Assembly (NCBI GenBank): GCA_964016885.1
Contig: CAXHJY010001065.1
Location: forward strand, 1 to 53,201
Length of the DNA: 53,201 nt
Direction: 5' to 3'
Source: Eledone cirrhosa
Taxonomy: Eukaryota
A program made the position numbers and the translations under genes. The notes below the pieces were generated by a model. It had not been told where the DNA came from. It did no database searches and worked only from the letters and a program-made list of their open reading frames with translations. Position 1 is the first letter of the stretch; each line of letters starts with the position of its first letter. Shown in pieces: positions 29,515 to 43,312 of this stretch.

Positions 29515-29597
29515 GCCAAGATTCCAGGCGGTGCAATCGAACCCGGCACCTCTTGCTGACGCAGTGGACCTCTTACCCACTCAGCCAAGTGTCTACT
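29515..29597 (-). mobile_element. tRNA-derived SINE head
   Basis: Minus strand has a TGGCTGAGTGG A box and GGTTCGATTGC B box; no full cloverleaf with acceptor stem. Confidence 0.55.
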
Positions 29598-30049
29598 TGT
29601 CTCTTAACACCACCTTAATCCTAATCCAGTGAATGGTAATAACTACCTTTCACTTAATTCGTCAACTGATAATCGCATTGCATTGACTGACGACAATGTA
29701 TGGATGGCCACAACGACAGATTTATTTCAACATGTCTCGATAGATCTAACCTCTCCCACAACCCTTCAGCCCTCCCTGCTCACCCTAATCCCCCCCCCCC
29801 CACACACAAGTGTTGTGTTATTTATTAAAGCTTTCGTCGATTAACAATTACAGTTTCCTTACGACAACGGAACAACTATCGATCCGAAAGTGGAAAGAGA
29901 CAGCCAGCACTCAATTACAATCCCAATGCATTCATTGATGTTGAAATGGATGGTGATCGATATAAAGGCCAATCACTGTAATTGTTAAACACTATTCACA
30001 ATGAAGAATCGCTTGATTCTGATAAACCATTGTATAAATCAGATAGTTA

Positions 30050-30480
30050 CTACAGACTATAACCAAACCAATCTCGAAACTATAGAGAGGCTCTAATAAG
30101 CAATCAAAGCCACTACAGACTATAGCCAATAGTGGCTCTAATAAGCAATCAAGCAATCATAGTCACTACAGACTAGAGCCAATAGTGGCTCTAATAAGCA
30201 ATCAAGCAATCATAGTTACTACAGACTATAGCCAATAGTGGCTCTAATAAGCAATCAAGCAATCATAGTCACTACAGACTATAGCCAATAGTGGCTCTAA
30301 TAAGCAATCAAGCAATCATAGTTACTACAGACTAGAGCCAATAGTGGCTCTAATAAGCAATCAAGCAATCATAGTTACTACAGACTAGAGCCAATAGTGG
30401 CTCTAATAAGAAATCATTGTCACTACAGACTAGAGCCAACACACTCTCTAAGTTATAGGTTCTGATAAGCAATCATAGTT
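30050..30480. repeat. 53-bp minisatellite, about 6 good copies, with internal hairpin tagagcca-atag-tggctcta
   Basis: Period measured as 30112 to 30165. Confidence 0.92.
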
Positions 30481-30615
30481 AATCACAATGTTATAACGTT
30501 AGTTGTTTCTAATTAATCACAGAACGACAGCCGTGACAGCATTTGGTTCAACCTTGCCTTCATGAATTATAAATAAATCTGTCATTGTATATTGATTTAG
30601 TTGATCCTCTCATGT

Positions 30616-31100
30616 CATAGAACCCGCCACACTATATACAGTTTGTCTTCACATATCATAGAACCCGCCACACTATATACAGTTTGTCTTCACATATCAT
30701 AGAACCCGCCACACTATATACAGTTTGTCTTCACATATCATAGAACCCGCCACACTATATACAGTTTGTCTTCACATATCATAGAACCCGCCACACTATA
30801 TACAGTTTGTCTTCACATATCATAGAACCCGCCACACTATATACAGTTTGTCTTCACATATCATAGAACCCGCCACACTATATACAGTTTGTCTTCACAT
30901 ATCATAGAACCCGCCATACTATATACAGTTTGTCTTCACATATCATAGAACCCGCCACACTATATACAGTTTGTCTTCACATATCATAGAACCCGCCACA
31001 CTATATACAGTTTGTCTTCACATATCATAGAACCCGCCACACTATATACAGTTTGTCTTCACATATCATAGAACCCACGACACTATATACAGTTTGTCTT
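30616..31100. repeat. 41-bp minisatellite, about 12 copies (tcatagaacccgccacactatatacagtttgtcttcacata)
   Basis: Directly visible. Confidence 0.95.
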
Positions 31101-31490
31101 GTAACTGTGAGACTATGTCAGTTGTAACATGGGTGTAACCGTGAGACTATGTCAGTTGTAACATGGCTGTAACTGTGAGACTATGTCAGTTGTAACATGG
31201 CTGTAACTGTGAGACTATGTCAGTTGTAACATGGGTGTAACTGTGAGACTATGTCAGTTATAACATGGGTGTAACTGTGAGACTATGTCAGTTGTAACAT
31301 GGCTGTAACTGTGAGACTGTCAGTTGTAACATGGGTGTAACTGTGAGACTATGTCAGTTGTAACATGGCTGTAACTGTGAGACTATGTCAGTTCTAACAT
31401 GGGTGTAACTGTGAGACTATGTCAGTTGTAACATGGGTGTAACTGTGAGACTGTCAGTTGTAACATGGGTGTAACTGTGAACATGTCAGG
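31100..31490. repeat. 34-bp minisatellite, about 11 copies (tgtaactgtgagactatgtcagttgtaacatggg)
   Basis: Directly visible. Confidence 0.95.
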
Positions 31491-31518
31491 TGCTACAATT
31501 CATTCTAAAGAGATATCC

Positions 31519-32627
31519 AGTGTCACTCAGTTGCTACACTCCATTCAAGAAGAGCCATGTCTCACTCAGTTGCTACACTCCATTCAAGAGACACCATGTC
31601 TCACTCAGTTGCTACACTCCATTCAAGAAGAGCCATGTCTCACTCAGTTGCTACACTCCATTCAAGAGGAACCATGTCTCACTCAGTTGCTACACTCCAT
31701 TCAAGAAGAGCCATGTCTCACTCAGTTGCTACACTCCATTCAAGAGGAACCATGTCTCACTCAGTTGCTACACTCCATTCAAGAGGAGCCATGTCTCACT
31801 CAGTTGCTACACTCCATTCAAGAGGAGCCATGTCTCACTCAGTTGCTACACTCCATTCAAGAGGAGCCATGTCTCACTCAGTTGCTACACTCCATTCAAG
31901 AGGAACCATGTCTCACTCAGTTGCTACACTCCATTCAAGAAGAACCATGTCTCACTCAGTTGCTACACTCCATTCAAGAGGAACCATGTCTCACTCAGTT
32001 GCTACACTCCATTCAAGAAGAACCATGTCTCACTCAGTTGCTACACTCCATTCAAGAGGAACCATGTCTCACTCAGTTGCTACATTCCATTCAAGAAGAG
32101 CCATGTCTCACTCAGTTGCTACACTCCATTCAAGAGGAACCATGTCTCACTCAGTTGCTACACTCCATTCAAGAAGAACCATGTCTCACTCAGTTGCTAC
32201 ACTCCATTCAAGAGGAACCATGTCTCACTCAGTTGCTACACTCCATTCAAGAAGAGCCATGTCTCACTCAGTTGCTACACTCCATTCAAGAGGAACCATG
32301 TCTCACTCAGTTGCTACACTCCATTCAAGAGACACCATGTCTCACTCAGTTGCTACACTCCATTCAAGAGACACCATGTCTCACTCAGTTGCTACACTCC
32401 ATTCAAGAAGAACCGTGTCTCACTCAGTTGCTACACTCCATTCAAGAGGAACCATGTCTCACTCAGTTGCTACACTCCATTCAAGAGACACCATGTCTCA
32501 CTCAGTTGCTACACTCCATTCAAGAAGAACCGTGTCTCACTCAGTTGCTACACTCCATTCAAGAAGAGCCATGTCTCACTCAGTTGCTACACTCCACTCA
32601 AGAAGAGCCAACATCTCACTCCATTCA
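31519..32627. repeat. 39-bp minisatellite, about 28 copies (tgtctcactcagttgctacactccattcaagaagagcca)
   Basis: Directly visible; stop-free in all three plus-strand frames. Confidence 0.95.
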
Positions 32628-32755
32628 ATAACTTGAGGTTTCTTTAAAACAACTTCGCCCAAGATGGGAGCCAGGTCAACATGACCTAACATTGCATTTC
32701 AAATCAAACTTTGAACTTCTCTCCCATTCTCTCTTTCTTTCTCTCATTCTTTCTC

Positions 32756-32837
<82 letters not shown>

Positions 32838-33000
32838 ATTCTTTCTTTCTTTCTTCCTCTCCCTCTATTCCTATCTATATTTCTTACTACCTCCACCTCT
32901 TTCTCTCCTTCTTTCCCTCCCTGTCTATATTGCTATCTCATCCTCTCTTTCTCTATCATATATATATGTGTGCGTGTGTGTGTGTCTGTGTATGCGAGTA

Positions 33001-33110
<110 letters not shown>

Positions 33111-33233
33111 TATGTGTATGTATGTATATCCGTCAGTAACCCCATTATACCCACACACACAAGGTATTTCCTATAACCAGGTGTGTTGGTACCAAGAGAA
33201 ATTCCCTTTACAGTCACAAGACCCTATATATAT

Positions 33234-33270
<37 letters not shown>

Positions 33271-33399
33271 CGTATAGGTGTATATATATGCATATGTATA
33301 CACGTACACACACACATATATATATTATACATAGGGAGATATACATAACACATACATCTATATATATATATATATATGTATGTATATATATATATATAT

Positions 33400-33586
33400 G
33401 ACGAAGGAAATGTGGTAAGGAACCAGGTGGACCATAACGCACCAAAGTACTCAATACTTAGGGTAGTAGAGTGGGTAATAGGAACCAATAAGACCCCAAC
33501 GGCTGAGCTCAAGCCGTTTGACGGCTAGGTCCAGAATTAGCCGTCGAAACGGCTTGAGCTCAGCCGTCGGGGTCTTACTGGTTCCT
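33400..33586 (-). mobile_element. Family A fold-back element
   Basis: Tail, motif and inverted arms; turnaround gacggcta-ggtccagaat-tagccgtc. Confidence 0.75.
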
Positions 33587-33786
33587 ATATATATATATGT
33601 ATATATATAACATATATATATATGTATATATATATATGTGTATGTATATAATATATATGTTTATATATAATATATGAACATATATGTATATATGTATATA
33701 TATACATGTATATATCTATATATATGTATATATAGATGTATATATATGTACATATATGTATATATATCTATATCTATCTATCTATA

Positions 33787-33817
<31 letters not shown>

Positions 33818-33856
33818 GTACATATATGTATATATATCTATATCTATCTATCTATC

Positions 33857-33916
<60 letters not shown>

Positions 33917-33927
33917 GTCTGTATGTA

Positions 33928-33979
<52 letters not shown>

Positions 33980-33998
33980 GTCTGTATGTATGTGTGTG

Positions 33999-34042
<44 letters not shown>

Positions 34043-34216
34043 TGTATGTATGTATATTTTCTGCAGTCAGTCTGCGATGTTAATGTTTCTGAACTCAACA
34101 ATTGCTGATATAAAACTAAACTAAACTAACAACAGTTTAAGTAGGTCAGTTATATATAAATACTAACATTAACACTAGCAGCATTACACTGTGTCTGTAG
34201 TAGTAATGGCAGCAGC

Positions 34217-34247
<31 letters not shown>

Positions 34248-34437
34248 CGTCTGTCATATATAAGTATTCTTACTACTACTACTACTACCTATGTTCACAC
34301 TACTAAAATTAATACTAGCAACATTAATGCATATCTATATAGCACATATGATTGTTTGTCTCTGTGACTAGTAGTAGTAGTAGTAGTAGTTTATATATAC
34401 ATCTGTCTATCTGCCTCTCTCTCTCTCTCTCTCTCTG

Positions 34438-34470
<33 letters not shown>

Positions 34471-34692
34471 ATGTGTGTGTGTGTGTTAATCTATGTAAAT
34501 ATTCCACTACTGTATAGACTTGGCGGGGAATTTGGCAGAATCGTTAGAACGTCGAATAGAATCCTTCCCAGTATTCTCTGCCTCTCTCTCTACTCTCTGA
34601 GTTCCAATCAATTTTAGTCACCATCTTTTTCGAGGTCGTTGAAAACTACCAGTCCAGTAATGGCAGACTTTGGGACAGATTCTTCTTCCCTC

Positions 34693-34727
<35 letters not shown>

Positions 34728-34844
34728 CTCCCTCTCTCGCTCTCCCTCTCTCTCTCGCTCTTTCCCTGACAGAAATATGTTGTGATCAGACACGAGGAGG
34801 CGATGGACTCCGCCAAGTTTAAAAAACCTTTTAGACACGTCGCA

Positions 34845-35022
34845 ATAATGATTCGGCTATTTACGACCTTTGGGAGAGGAATTTGACATTTCTAAGGACA
34901 ATATCACTTCTGAAAGAACTGAATAATAGGACATACCTGATGTAATACATGTTGCATCACATCAGGTATGCCCTATTATTCCAAATTCCTCTCCCATAGG
35001 TCGTAAATAGCAGAACCATTAT
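34845..35022. mobile_element. Palindromic MITE-like element
   Basis: Outer inverted repeat of about 42 bp (aataatgattcggctatttacgacctttgggagaggaatttg / caaattcctctcccataggtcgtaaatagcagaaccattatt) plus inner inverted repeat of about 23 bp. Confidence 0.6.
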
Positions 35023-35285
35023 TTTTAATCGTCAGATTAAGAATGCCTCATTTCGTTCTGAGTTGAAATCCAGCTGAGGTAAACTTTGCCTTTATATCCG
35101 TTCAATATAGATAAATAAGATACCAGTCAAGTACTGGGGTCGATTTTTATAACACGTTTCCCACGCAATCACTCTCTCCGGTAGAAATCAGCTATATTCT
35201 GATCTGAAGAGCGGCGGATGGTGCCATTATGACATCATCAGCAGTTAAGGGTCGAAAGGTGGTGACACTATATGCATATATGCTT

Positions 35286-35316
<31 letters not shown>

Positions 35317-35350
35317 TATATGTGTATATATATATATATTATGTATATAT

Positions 35351-35395
<45 letters not shown>

Positions 35396-35416
35396 GTATA
35401 TATACATACATACATA

Positions 35417-35483
<67 letters not shown>

Positions 35484-35722
35484 GTAAATATACATATATA
35501 TAATATATAGAGAGAGCATATGTATATGTATATATATAATATATGTAAATATACATATATATAATATAGAGAGAGAGCGTATGTATATGTATATATATAT
35601 ATATATATATATGTAAATATACATATATATAATATACATAGAGAGCGTATGTATATGTATATATATACATTATATATATGTACACATATATATATATATA
35701 TGTATATGTATATAACGCATAT

Positions 35723-35777
<55 letters not shown>

Positions 35778-35886
35778 ATCTGTGTGTTTGCGAGTCCTAG
35801 TACAGAATCTCTGCTTTCACCCTTCTGTATGAGTGCACAGATTCTGGGCGTAATATTGTAACCTGTTCAACAGAATGTATGTTAGA

Positions 35887-35957
<71 letters not shown>

Positions 35958-35963
<6 letters not shown>

Positions 35964-36059
35964 GTCCCGAATACAGGATGTTCCACCACCATTCTAATAA
36001 ATATTGCCTATACTGGTAATTAAAGTGTGCATACAGTTTTTTTTTGGGGGGACACCTTG
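35958..36059. mobile_element. Tc1/mariner-type MITE
   Basis: TA-flanked TIRs (Y)AGGGTGTCCC...GGGACACCTTG; second copy in opposite orientation at 40847-40948. Confidence 0.75.
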
Positions 36060-36062
36060 TAC

Positions 36063-36100
<38 letters not shown>

Positions 36101-36262
36101 ACACACATATATATATATATATGTGTGTGTGTGATGGGTGAACCAATACAGTTATGTGTCTATATAAAATATATATTAAATTATATAGTTGTCAGTGAAT
36201 TATTCGTATTTGTTGAAAAATGTTGAGGAATTCAACCTCCTAAATTTATGTTACTCTCTTGC

Positions 36263-36317
<55 letters not shown>

Positions 36318-36370
36318 ATATATATACACAATATATTAACAAATGGAAACTATATTTATAAAACCATATT

Positions 36371-36436
36371 TATTTTATTATACATATTTCAAGAGCCACC
36401 AAGGCAAATTATGGTGCGCTTTCATCAGATAAAATA
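36371..36436 (-). ncRNA. Type I hammerhead ribozyme (family F; element about 36316-36596, a fragment also at 49240-49312)
   Basis: Minus strand reads TATTTTAT CTGATGA AAGcGCACCA-loop-TGGTgGCtCTT GAAATA-tg-TAT A ATAAAATA; 8-bp perfect stem I; AUA triplet. Confidence 0.75.
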
Positions 36437-36814
36437 CAATACAGATTAGTTTTATAAATAAATATTGACATACTCGGAAAAAACGCAACCTTAACGGTTG
36501 GAGCTTCCTGGATAGATAAATTTGTTGAGTGCTTTATATCAGTTATAAAAATATTTTTAGCTTGTTGTATCCCAACAAATTAAATATAACCTCTGCATAT
36601 ATATATATATATTTGTGAATGTATATATAATAGTTTTGTATATAGATTTGTCCATTTACATATAATATTGTATGCATGAATACCGGTAGATGTTCTAAAC
36701 GACATTTTATGATATAAACCAACCAAAGATGTGATTTTAATAGGTGGAGTTATATCACTTCCCAGCTATATTCTGATAACGTATTTAAGTACATGTTTAT
36801 GTGGTACTGTGGAT

Positions 36815-36908
<94 letters not shown>

Positions 36909-37055
36909 TATATATATATGAATTATATAGCTATGTATTATGATACGATATATATGCCTTTTTATGTTTATTATATATCATAATCTATAATCATTTATAA
37001 ATTAGATTTATTATATATATATATATATATATCATTTATATATACATATGTATCG

Positions 37056-37144
<89 letters not shown>

Positions 37145-37206
37145 TATTAATTATATATGTATACAAATATAAATTCCATATAGCTATATCATGTATGTTT
37201 ATTTAT

Positions 37207-37242
<36 letters not shown>

Positions 37243-37254
37243 TTATATGTGTGT

Positions 37255-37862
37255 AGCATATTAAAAAGTTGGGTGCCCTTTAACCTTCAGCTCTTTTTGC
37301 ACTATTACGGCCTTTCTCGAGATGTTAAGAATGTGTCTTTTGTCACTACATTGTGGCCTCCTCTTCGGGGTTTATCCACCTCTCAATCTCAGGATTTGTT
37401 GCTAGCCCTTCCAACGTTTTACAAAATAATTTTTCCATTTTTCTTTCTAGAACCTCGTATAGTTCTAGTCTCCCCCAGCAACACATCTCTTTCACTGGGG
37501 TAATCTTTTCGGTGTAGCTTCGCTTGATTGCTGTTTATTTAACCCTCTTGAGTGACCACACCTGAGAACAATAGTCCAGTAGGCTGGGGTGAAGGGCTTC
37601 TCCAGACATGGTTTACTGCTCTCTTGTCACAGAATTCCTCCATACAGTCGTCTGTACGTCTTTGATATTTTGGTGATATATACATTAAACGACGCATCGT
37701 TGGCCATGTCAATTCTCAGGTATTTCACTTGAGATTCAATCCCACCTGTTCAAGAATAGCTTTGATGTAGTGGCCTTGTGTTATTAGATTAAAATGTATA
37801 TTATTATCCTCGACACATTTGTTTATGTAATCCAGATCTCGTTGTAAAATGGTAACCGCAGG
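37255..37862 (-). pseudogene. CR1/L2-type LINE reverse-transcriptase C-terminal relic
   Basis: Minus-strand peptides ILQRDLDYINKCVEDNNIHFN, VKYLRIDMANDASFNVYI and LRLKGTQLFNML occur in the expected order, with frameshifts and stops. Confidence 0.75.
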
Positions 37863-37965
37863 GTATATACATATTTTATATGTATATATTATGTCTGTGT
37901 ATTGTAGACATAATACACAGACATACACACACACACACACGTATATATATACCTATATATATATA

Positions 37966-37998
<33 letters not shown>

Positions 37999-38043
37999 GC
38001 ACGTGTTATGTAACTGTGTGAATTTTCTGCTGATGTAGGTATG

Positions 38044-38075
<32 letters not shown>

Positions 38076-38126
38076 TATATATATATATATATAATACTAT
38101 TATATATATATATATATATATAATAC

Positions 38127-38207
<81 letters not shown>

Positions 38208-38644
38208 TATATATATACGTGTGAGGGATTGGGGTGAATGCTTTCGCTCAGCTACAGTCTCTAAATTTCTGTCACCAGACTTTACTCAATGCGAGATTTA
38301 GTGTAGAAAATACTTGCCCAAGATATCATACATCATGAGACCCCGAACTCGAAAGCCTGTAGTTGAGAAATATAATTATTCAGGCACACACCCTACTAAC
38401 GTCCATCTGATAATCAATTTACCCTGAACAAATTAAACCTGTTAAAATATGTTAACGTCAACAAAATATTAATATAAAATAAAATATAATTAATCATAAT
38501 AATTGCTTCTACTTTTGGCACAAGGCCAGTAACTCTTTGCTGTAAAGCATAGCGTCCGACCAAGCAGCGGTTGGCGGCCTCGGGTCGACAAATGACAGTT
38601 GAATCTCATGAGTGGATTTCAAAATTTAAACTTCTTTGTTTAAA

Positions 38645-38730
38645 CATCATATACTCTGTTATACTCTGTTATACTCTGGTATACTCTGGTATACTCTGTT
38701 ATACTCTGGTATACTCTGTTATACACTGTT
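38645..38730. repeat. 10-bp tandem repeat (tatactctg[t/g]), about 8 copies
   Basis: Directly visible. Confidence 0.9.
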
Positions 38731-38789
38731 CGGTAGCCATTCGGCTCTGCAGATAAAATATTCCTCTCTCTCGTTCGATAAATATTATC

Positions 38790-39150
38790 ACTGTATGGGG
38801 CGGGTATTTGTAGTCATGTGATCAACATGTGGGACGGATAATTGTAGTGTGGTGGTCCGACAGGTGGGGTGGGTAATTGTAGTGAGGTGGTCCGACATGT
38901 GGGGGCCAATTGTAATGTGGTGGTCCGACATGTGGGGCGGGGGCGAGGGCTAATTGTAGTCATGTGATCGACATGTTGGTGGGGGGGGGGGGGAGTAATT
39001 GTAGTGTGGTGGTCGACATGTAGGAGAGGGTGTTATTGTAGTGAGGTGGTCGACATGTGGGGGGAGGGTGATTGTAGTGTGGTGATCGACATGTGGGGGG
39101 GGGCGGGTAATTGTAGTAACGTGATCGATATGTGGGGGGGGGGGTAATGG
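38790..39150. repeat. G-rich degenerate minisatellite of about 40 bp (aattgtagtgtggtggtcgacatgtgggg...)
   Basis: About 9 diverged units with G-runs. Confidence 0.85.
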
Positions 39151-39728
39151 CACTAAGGTGGTGGAGGTGTTAATTCGTTCAAGAAATCATCGGTAGGGAA
39201 AAGGTTAGGAACCAAAGATTTATAGGTTCTATATAAATTAGTATTTGGAAATATTTCGATTGCATCGATCGAATTCTTTATAAAATAAAAGAGTTGGAAA
39301 GAAAAAACAAAGATGAAAATAAGGAATTCTTTTTTATTGTTGAAAATCTATCCAACATTGCTGCCACCAAAATACCACATTGATTCTGACATCAATTCTT
39401 TCCTTCACCAAAGATTACGTCCTGTACCAAAGACGTCACAGTTATATAGAACAATATGGCGTTTATTTGACTGAAATCCTGTGAGAAATCCAACAGAAAT
39501 CGTTTTGTATTTTTCCATTCCATTCCATAAAAGACAATATGAAATTATACGATTCTTCCTTCGAAATACAATACCCTTTTAATCTATATTGTAATAGGGA
39601 AGATAGTAAAGGCACCAGTTATTTCAGGTTAATTATTTTTTATTATAGAATTTTCATCTAGAAATTGAAACGCTGACAGATATCCTCTGAGATGTAGCTT
39701 TCCTTTCTATATTATAAATGGACAGCTT

Positions 39729-39866
<138 letters not shown>

Positions 39867-40292
39867 TATATATATACACACACATAAAAAAGTCTAAAGT
39901 CTGTCTTAAGCCAGAAGACTCATTTGGTCGGTGCTTATGTATATATATACAATATATATACATATATATTTATATATATAAATCATATATGTATATACAA
40001 TATATATACATATATATATAATAAATACGTATATATATATAAGTATGTATAAATATGCATATATATGTACTATATATATATACAATATATATGTATATAT
40101 TATATATAAATATATATATGAACATGTATGTGTATATATATTATGTGTATATATATATATGTATATATAAAATATATATTATATATATGTATATATATAT
40201 AAAAAAATATATGTATACATATGAAATGTATATACATATGTATAAAACATAATATATAAATAACATACATATATATATATATATATATCTAT

Positions 40293-40430
40293 ATCAGCAT
40301 GGAAGCGGTAAAAACCAGTTAGACGATTACTCACCAGAGTATCGATACTTGAGGTAGTAGAGTGGGTAATTTCGGATCTAGCTGTTGAAACGGCAGGAGC
40401 TCAGCCGTCGGGGTCCCGAATTTTTCATCT
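40293..40430 (-). mobile_element. Diverged family A relative
   Basis: gtagtagagtgggtaat plus inverted gaaacggcaggagctcagccgtcggggtc; motif variant AGTATCGATACT. Confidence 0.65.
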
Positions 40431-40456
40431 ATATCTATATATATTTATTCATATAC

Positions 40457-40506
<50 letters not shown>

Positions 40507-40544
40507 GTACATATATGTTTATATTTTCAGACAGACATAGATAT

Positions 40545-40725
40545 GTTAATAATTGTACAATGTAAATATATAAACTATACAATTGTACAATGTATATATA
40601 CAATATATACAATTGTACAATGTATATATACAATATATACAATTGTACAATGTATATATACAATATATACAATTGTACAATGTATATATACAATATATAC
40701 AATTGTACAATGTATATATACAATA
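40545..40725. repeat. 30-bp palindrome-rich tandem repeat, about 6 copies (tatacaattgtacaatgtatatatacaata)
   Basis: Directly visible. Confidence 0.9.
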
Positions 40726-40846
40726 CTAATTAAATAATTTAAATTCGAATGACTTACACCGAAAAAGTTAAAAGAAACCAAATGTGTTACTACTAACACC
40801 AGACTTTCCCGGGTCCTTGATGAAGATGAAGGCATTTTAAATTATA

Positions 40847-40948
40847 CAGGGTGTCCCCTAATAATGTATGCATACTTTGATTACCTGTACGGGCAATACT
40901 TATTACAATGCTGTTGATGTGTGTATATATTTTTGGGGAGACACCCTG
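40847..40948. mobile_element. Tc1/mariner-type MITE
   Basis: TA|CAGGGTGTC...GACACCCTG|TA. Confidence 0.8.
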
Positions 40949-41479
40949 TATATCTCATCTTCAGTGTTATATGTGTACTCTAACTTATGAAGTAAATTAT
41001 GGCGTTGCTCTAAGGGCCAGAGTGACCCAACAGGACATGTGCCCTACACTGATGTGACTTTCACACTATTTATAGGGGATACAATTTCACTTATCGTTTA
41101 TCATAATTACTAAGCGAACGAAATTTTAAGACAGAGGGCGCCCCCTGCAAATATAATCCGTTCTTACTACCCCACACCTGGTAAAATACCACAGGTAATT
41201 ATCTTTACAATAGAAAATATATTTCAAAAAATATATTTAAAGTTTTATATTAGTAGATAGTTTACCAATGTTTGATATATACTAATATAGATATACAGCT
41301 ATATGTGTGCGTGTGTGTCTGTGTGTGTCTGTGTGTTCGCCCTGATAGCAGGGCAGCTAGTTGGATGATGGTTTAGAAGTATTCCACAGACACGTGTGTC
41401 TTAGCATAAATCCTGAACCAAATCAACGTGACAAGAGTGGGCCTTTCAACCACAGGTACAATACATCTTGTACTATAGT

Positions 41480-42070
41480 GTAAGTAGTCTGGGCCCCTTA
41501 CCAGCTTCTTAAGGTCTACATTCCTCATATTGCCCTGGCCTATTACCAGTTTTGGGGGCCTACATTTCATATCTGGCTTAGATTTGTTACCATCTTTAGA
41601 ATAAGGGCTACATTTACCCCCTAATCTGGGTCTATTACCTGCTTTGGGGGAGTATAAATTCTCTACTTAGCATGGGATTATTACCAACGTAGGTAGGGAG
41701 GGGTTACATATTTTTTTACTTAGCCTTGCTCTATTATCAGCTATGGGGGGAGGGGTCTACATTTCAGCTCTAATCTGGGCCTCTTAGCAGTAAGGAAAGG
41801 TCTACACTTCACATATGGTCTTGGTTTGTTATCAGCTATGGGTGGATGGGGGTTATATTTTCTACCTAGCATAGTATCACAAGTTTTTAGGGGCTTACAT
41901 TTTACACTTAGCCTGCACCTATTACCAGCTGTGGGAGGGCCTATATTCTTTTACCAGCCTGCGCTTCATACAAACTTGGGGTAGGGAACTATATTTTCTA
42001 CCAAGCCTGGGCCTTTTACCAGCTGGCGGTGGTGGTGGTGGTGGGGGTGGTGGGGAGCTATATTTCACAT
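41480..42070. repeat. Old degenerate minisatellite of about 41-45 bp (ggggtctacattt...gcctattaccagct)
   Basis: About 13 diverged units. Confidence 0.75.
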
Positions 42071-42310
42071 GTATCATTTAGAAACTTTCACAGCATCTCA
42101 TCCTGATTATATCTCAACTCTTTCATTGCCATATTTCTACTGAAAGTCACTACCAAGGATTTTCAATTAATTATTTTTAAATAATCAAAAATTTAAAGGT
42201 TTTAGTAATATAACTAACTTTCTCATTATTAAGCTGATGTTTGGAACATAACTTCATAAAGTTTCTTAAATAAAATTATGATGCAAGGTTTTAAAATAAC
42301 TATAAACACT

Positions 42311-42880
42311 TTAACCCTTTTGATACTATATTATTACGGTCTGAGTTCAAATCCCGTCGAGGTTAACTTTGCCTTACATCCTTACGGGGTCGATAAAATA
42401 AAGTACCAGTAATGTACTGGGTAATTTGCTGGCCTTGTGCCAAAAGTAGAAACAATTATTGATGAAAGACCTTAATAAGGATTTTTAAATATTATGATTA
42501 ATAAATATTTTTAATAATCAAGTATTTGGAAGGATTTAGTAATGCAACTTTCTCATTGGTAAACTAATGTTTGGAACATAACTTAGTTTCTTTACATAAC
42601 AATTATGTTGTAAGGTTTTTAGATAACCCTTTTGGCACCATATTACTAAAGAAAACACTGCCTATGCTTTTCAATTATTTTTTTTTTAATGATTAATAAT
42701 TCAGCAATATAACTAACTTTCTCATTATCAAGCTAGTGTTTCGAACATAACTTATCAAATGTTCTTACATAAAATTATGATGAAAGGTTTTCAATGAACT
42801 AGAAACATTTTAAAACAAACTCATTTGTATTGTAAAACCAGGTTCAGTTTCAGGCAGTTTGGTGGTATTAAAAGGGTTAA
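42311..42880. mobile_element. piggyBac-type MITE (TTAA-CCCTT...AAGGG-TTAA) with internal duplications and a Nin-SINE insertion (42335-42460, plus strand)
   Basis: Termini are visible; the block actttctcattat..gct..tgtttggaacataactt recurs at about 42215, 42545 and 42715. Confidence 0.6.
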
Positions 42881-43125
42881 GTTAACTTAACCTCAACCAT
42901 TCGTACTATGTTCTGATCCATCCAGAGAATATAGATCTTTTTAGGTTTCTTCTGCATCCCTAACATTCCTGAATATCACCAATATCGATTTTCACCGGTT
43001 TGACAGTTAAAATCAGAGGGGCGGGGGGGGGGGATACTTTCTTTCTTTTGACAATCAAAAATATAGTGGGGTAACTTAATTGAAATGTTGAATATTGTAT
43101 TTTACGTTTTATACGGCGGCTAGGG

Positions 43126-43159
<34 letters not shown>

Positions 43160-43312
43160 GTGTTAATTGGTTCCAGAAATCAAAATTTAGGGTGAAAAAC
43201 GACTAATGCCAAATTAACCTCCCCGCCACCACCGCCATATAAACCGCTAATAAGCATTACCCAGTACTGTACTTTAACGTACATACAGTATACAATACAG
43301 TACTCTATTAGT

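Noticed and set aside
35203-35270. CTGAAGA...GAAA hammerhead candidate
   Set aside because: No stem III or UH site and no stem I pairing.
42875-42892. Perfect 18-bp palindrome GGTTAAGTTAACTTAACC
   Set aside because: Largely explained by the MITE terminus plus TTAA target sequence; no independent evidence of function.
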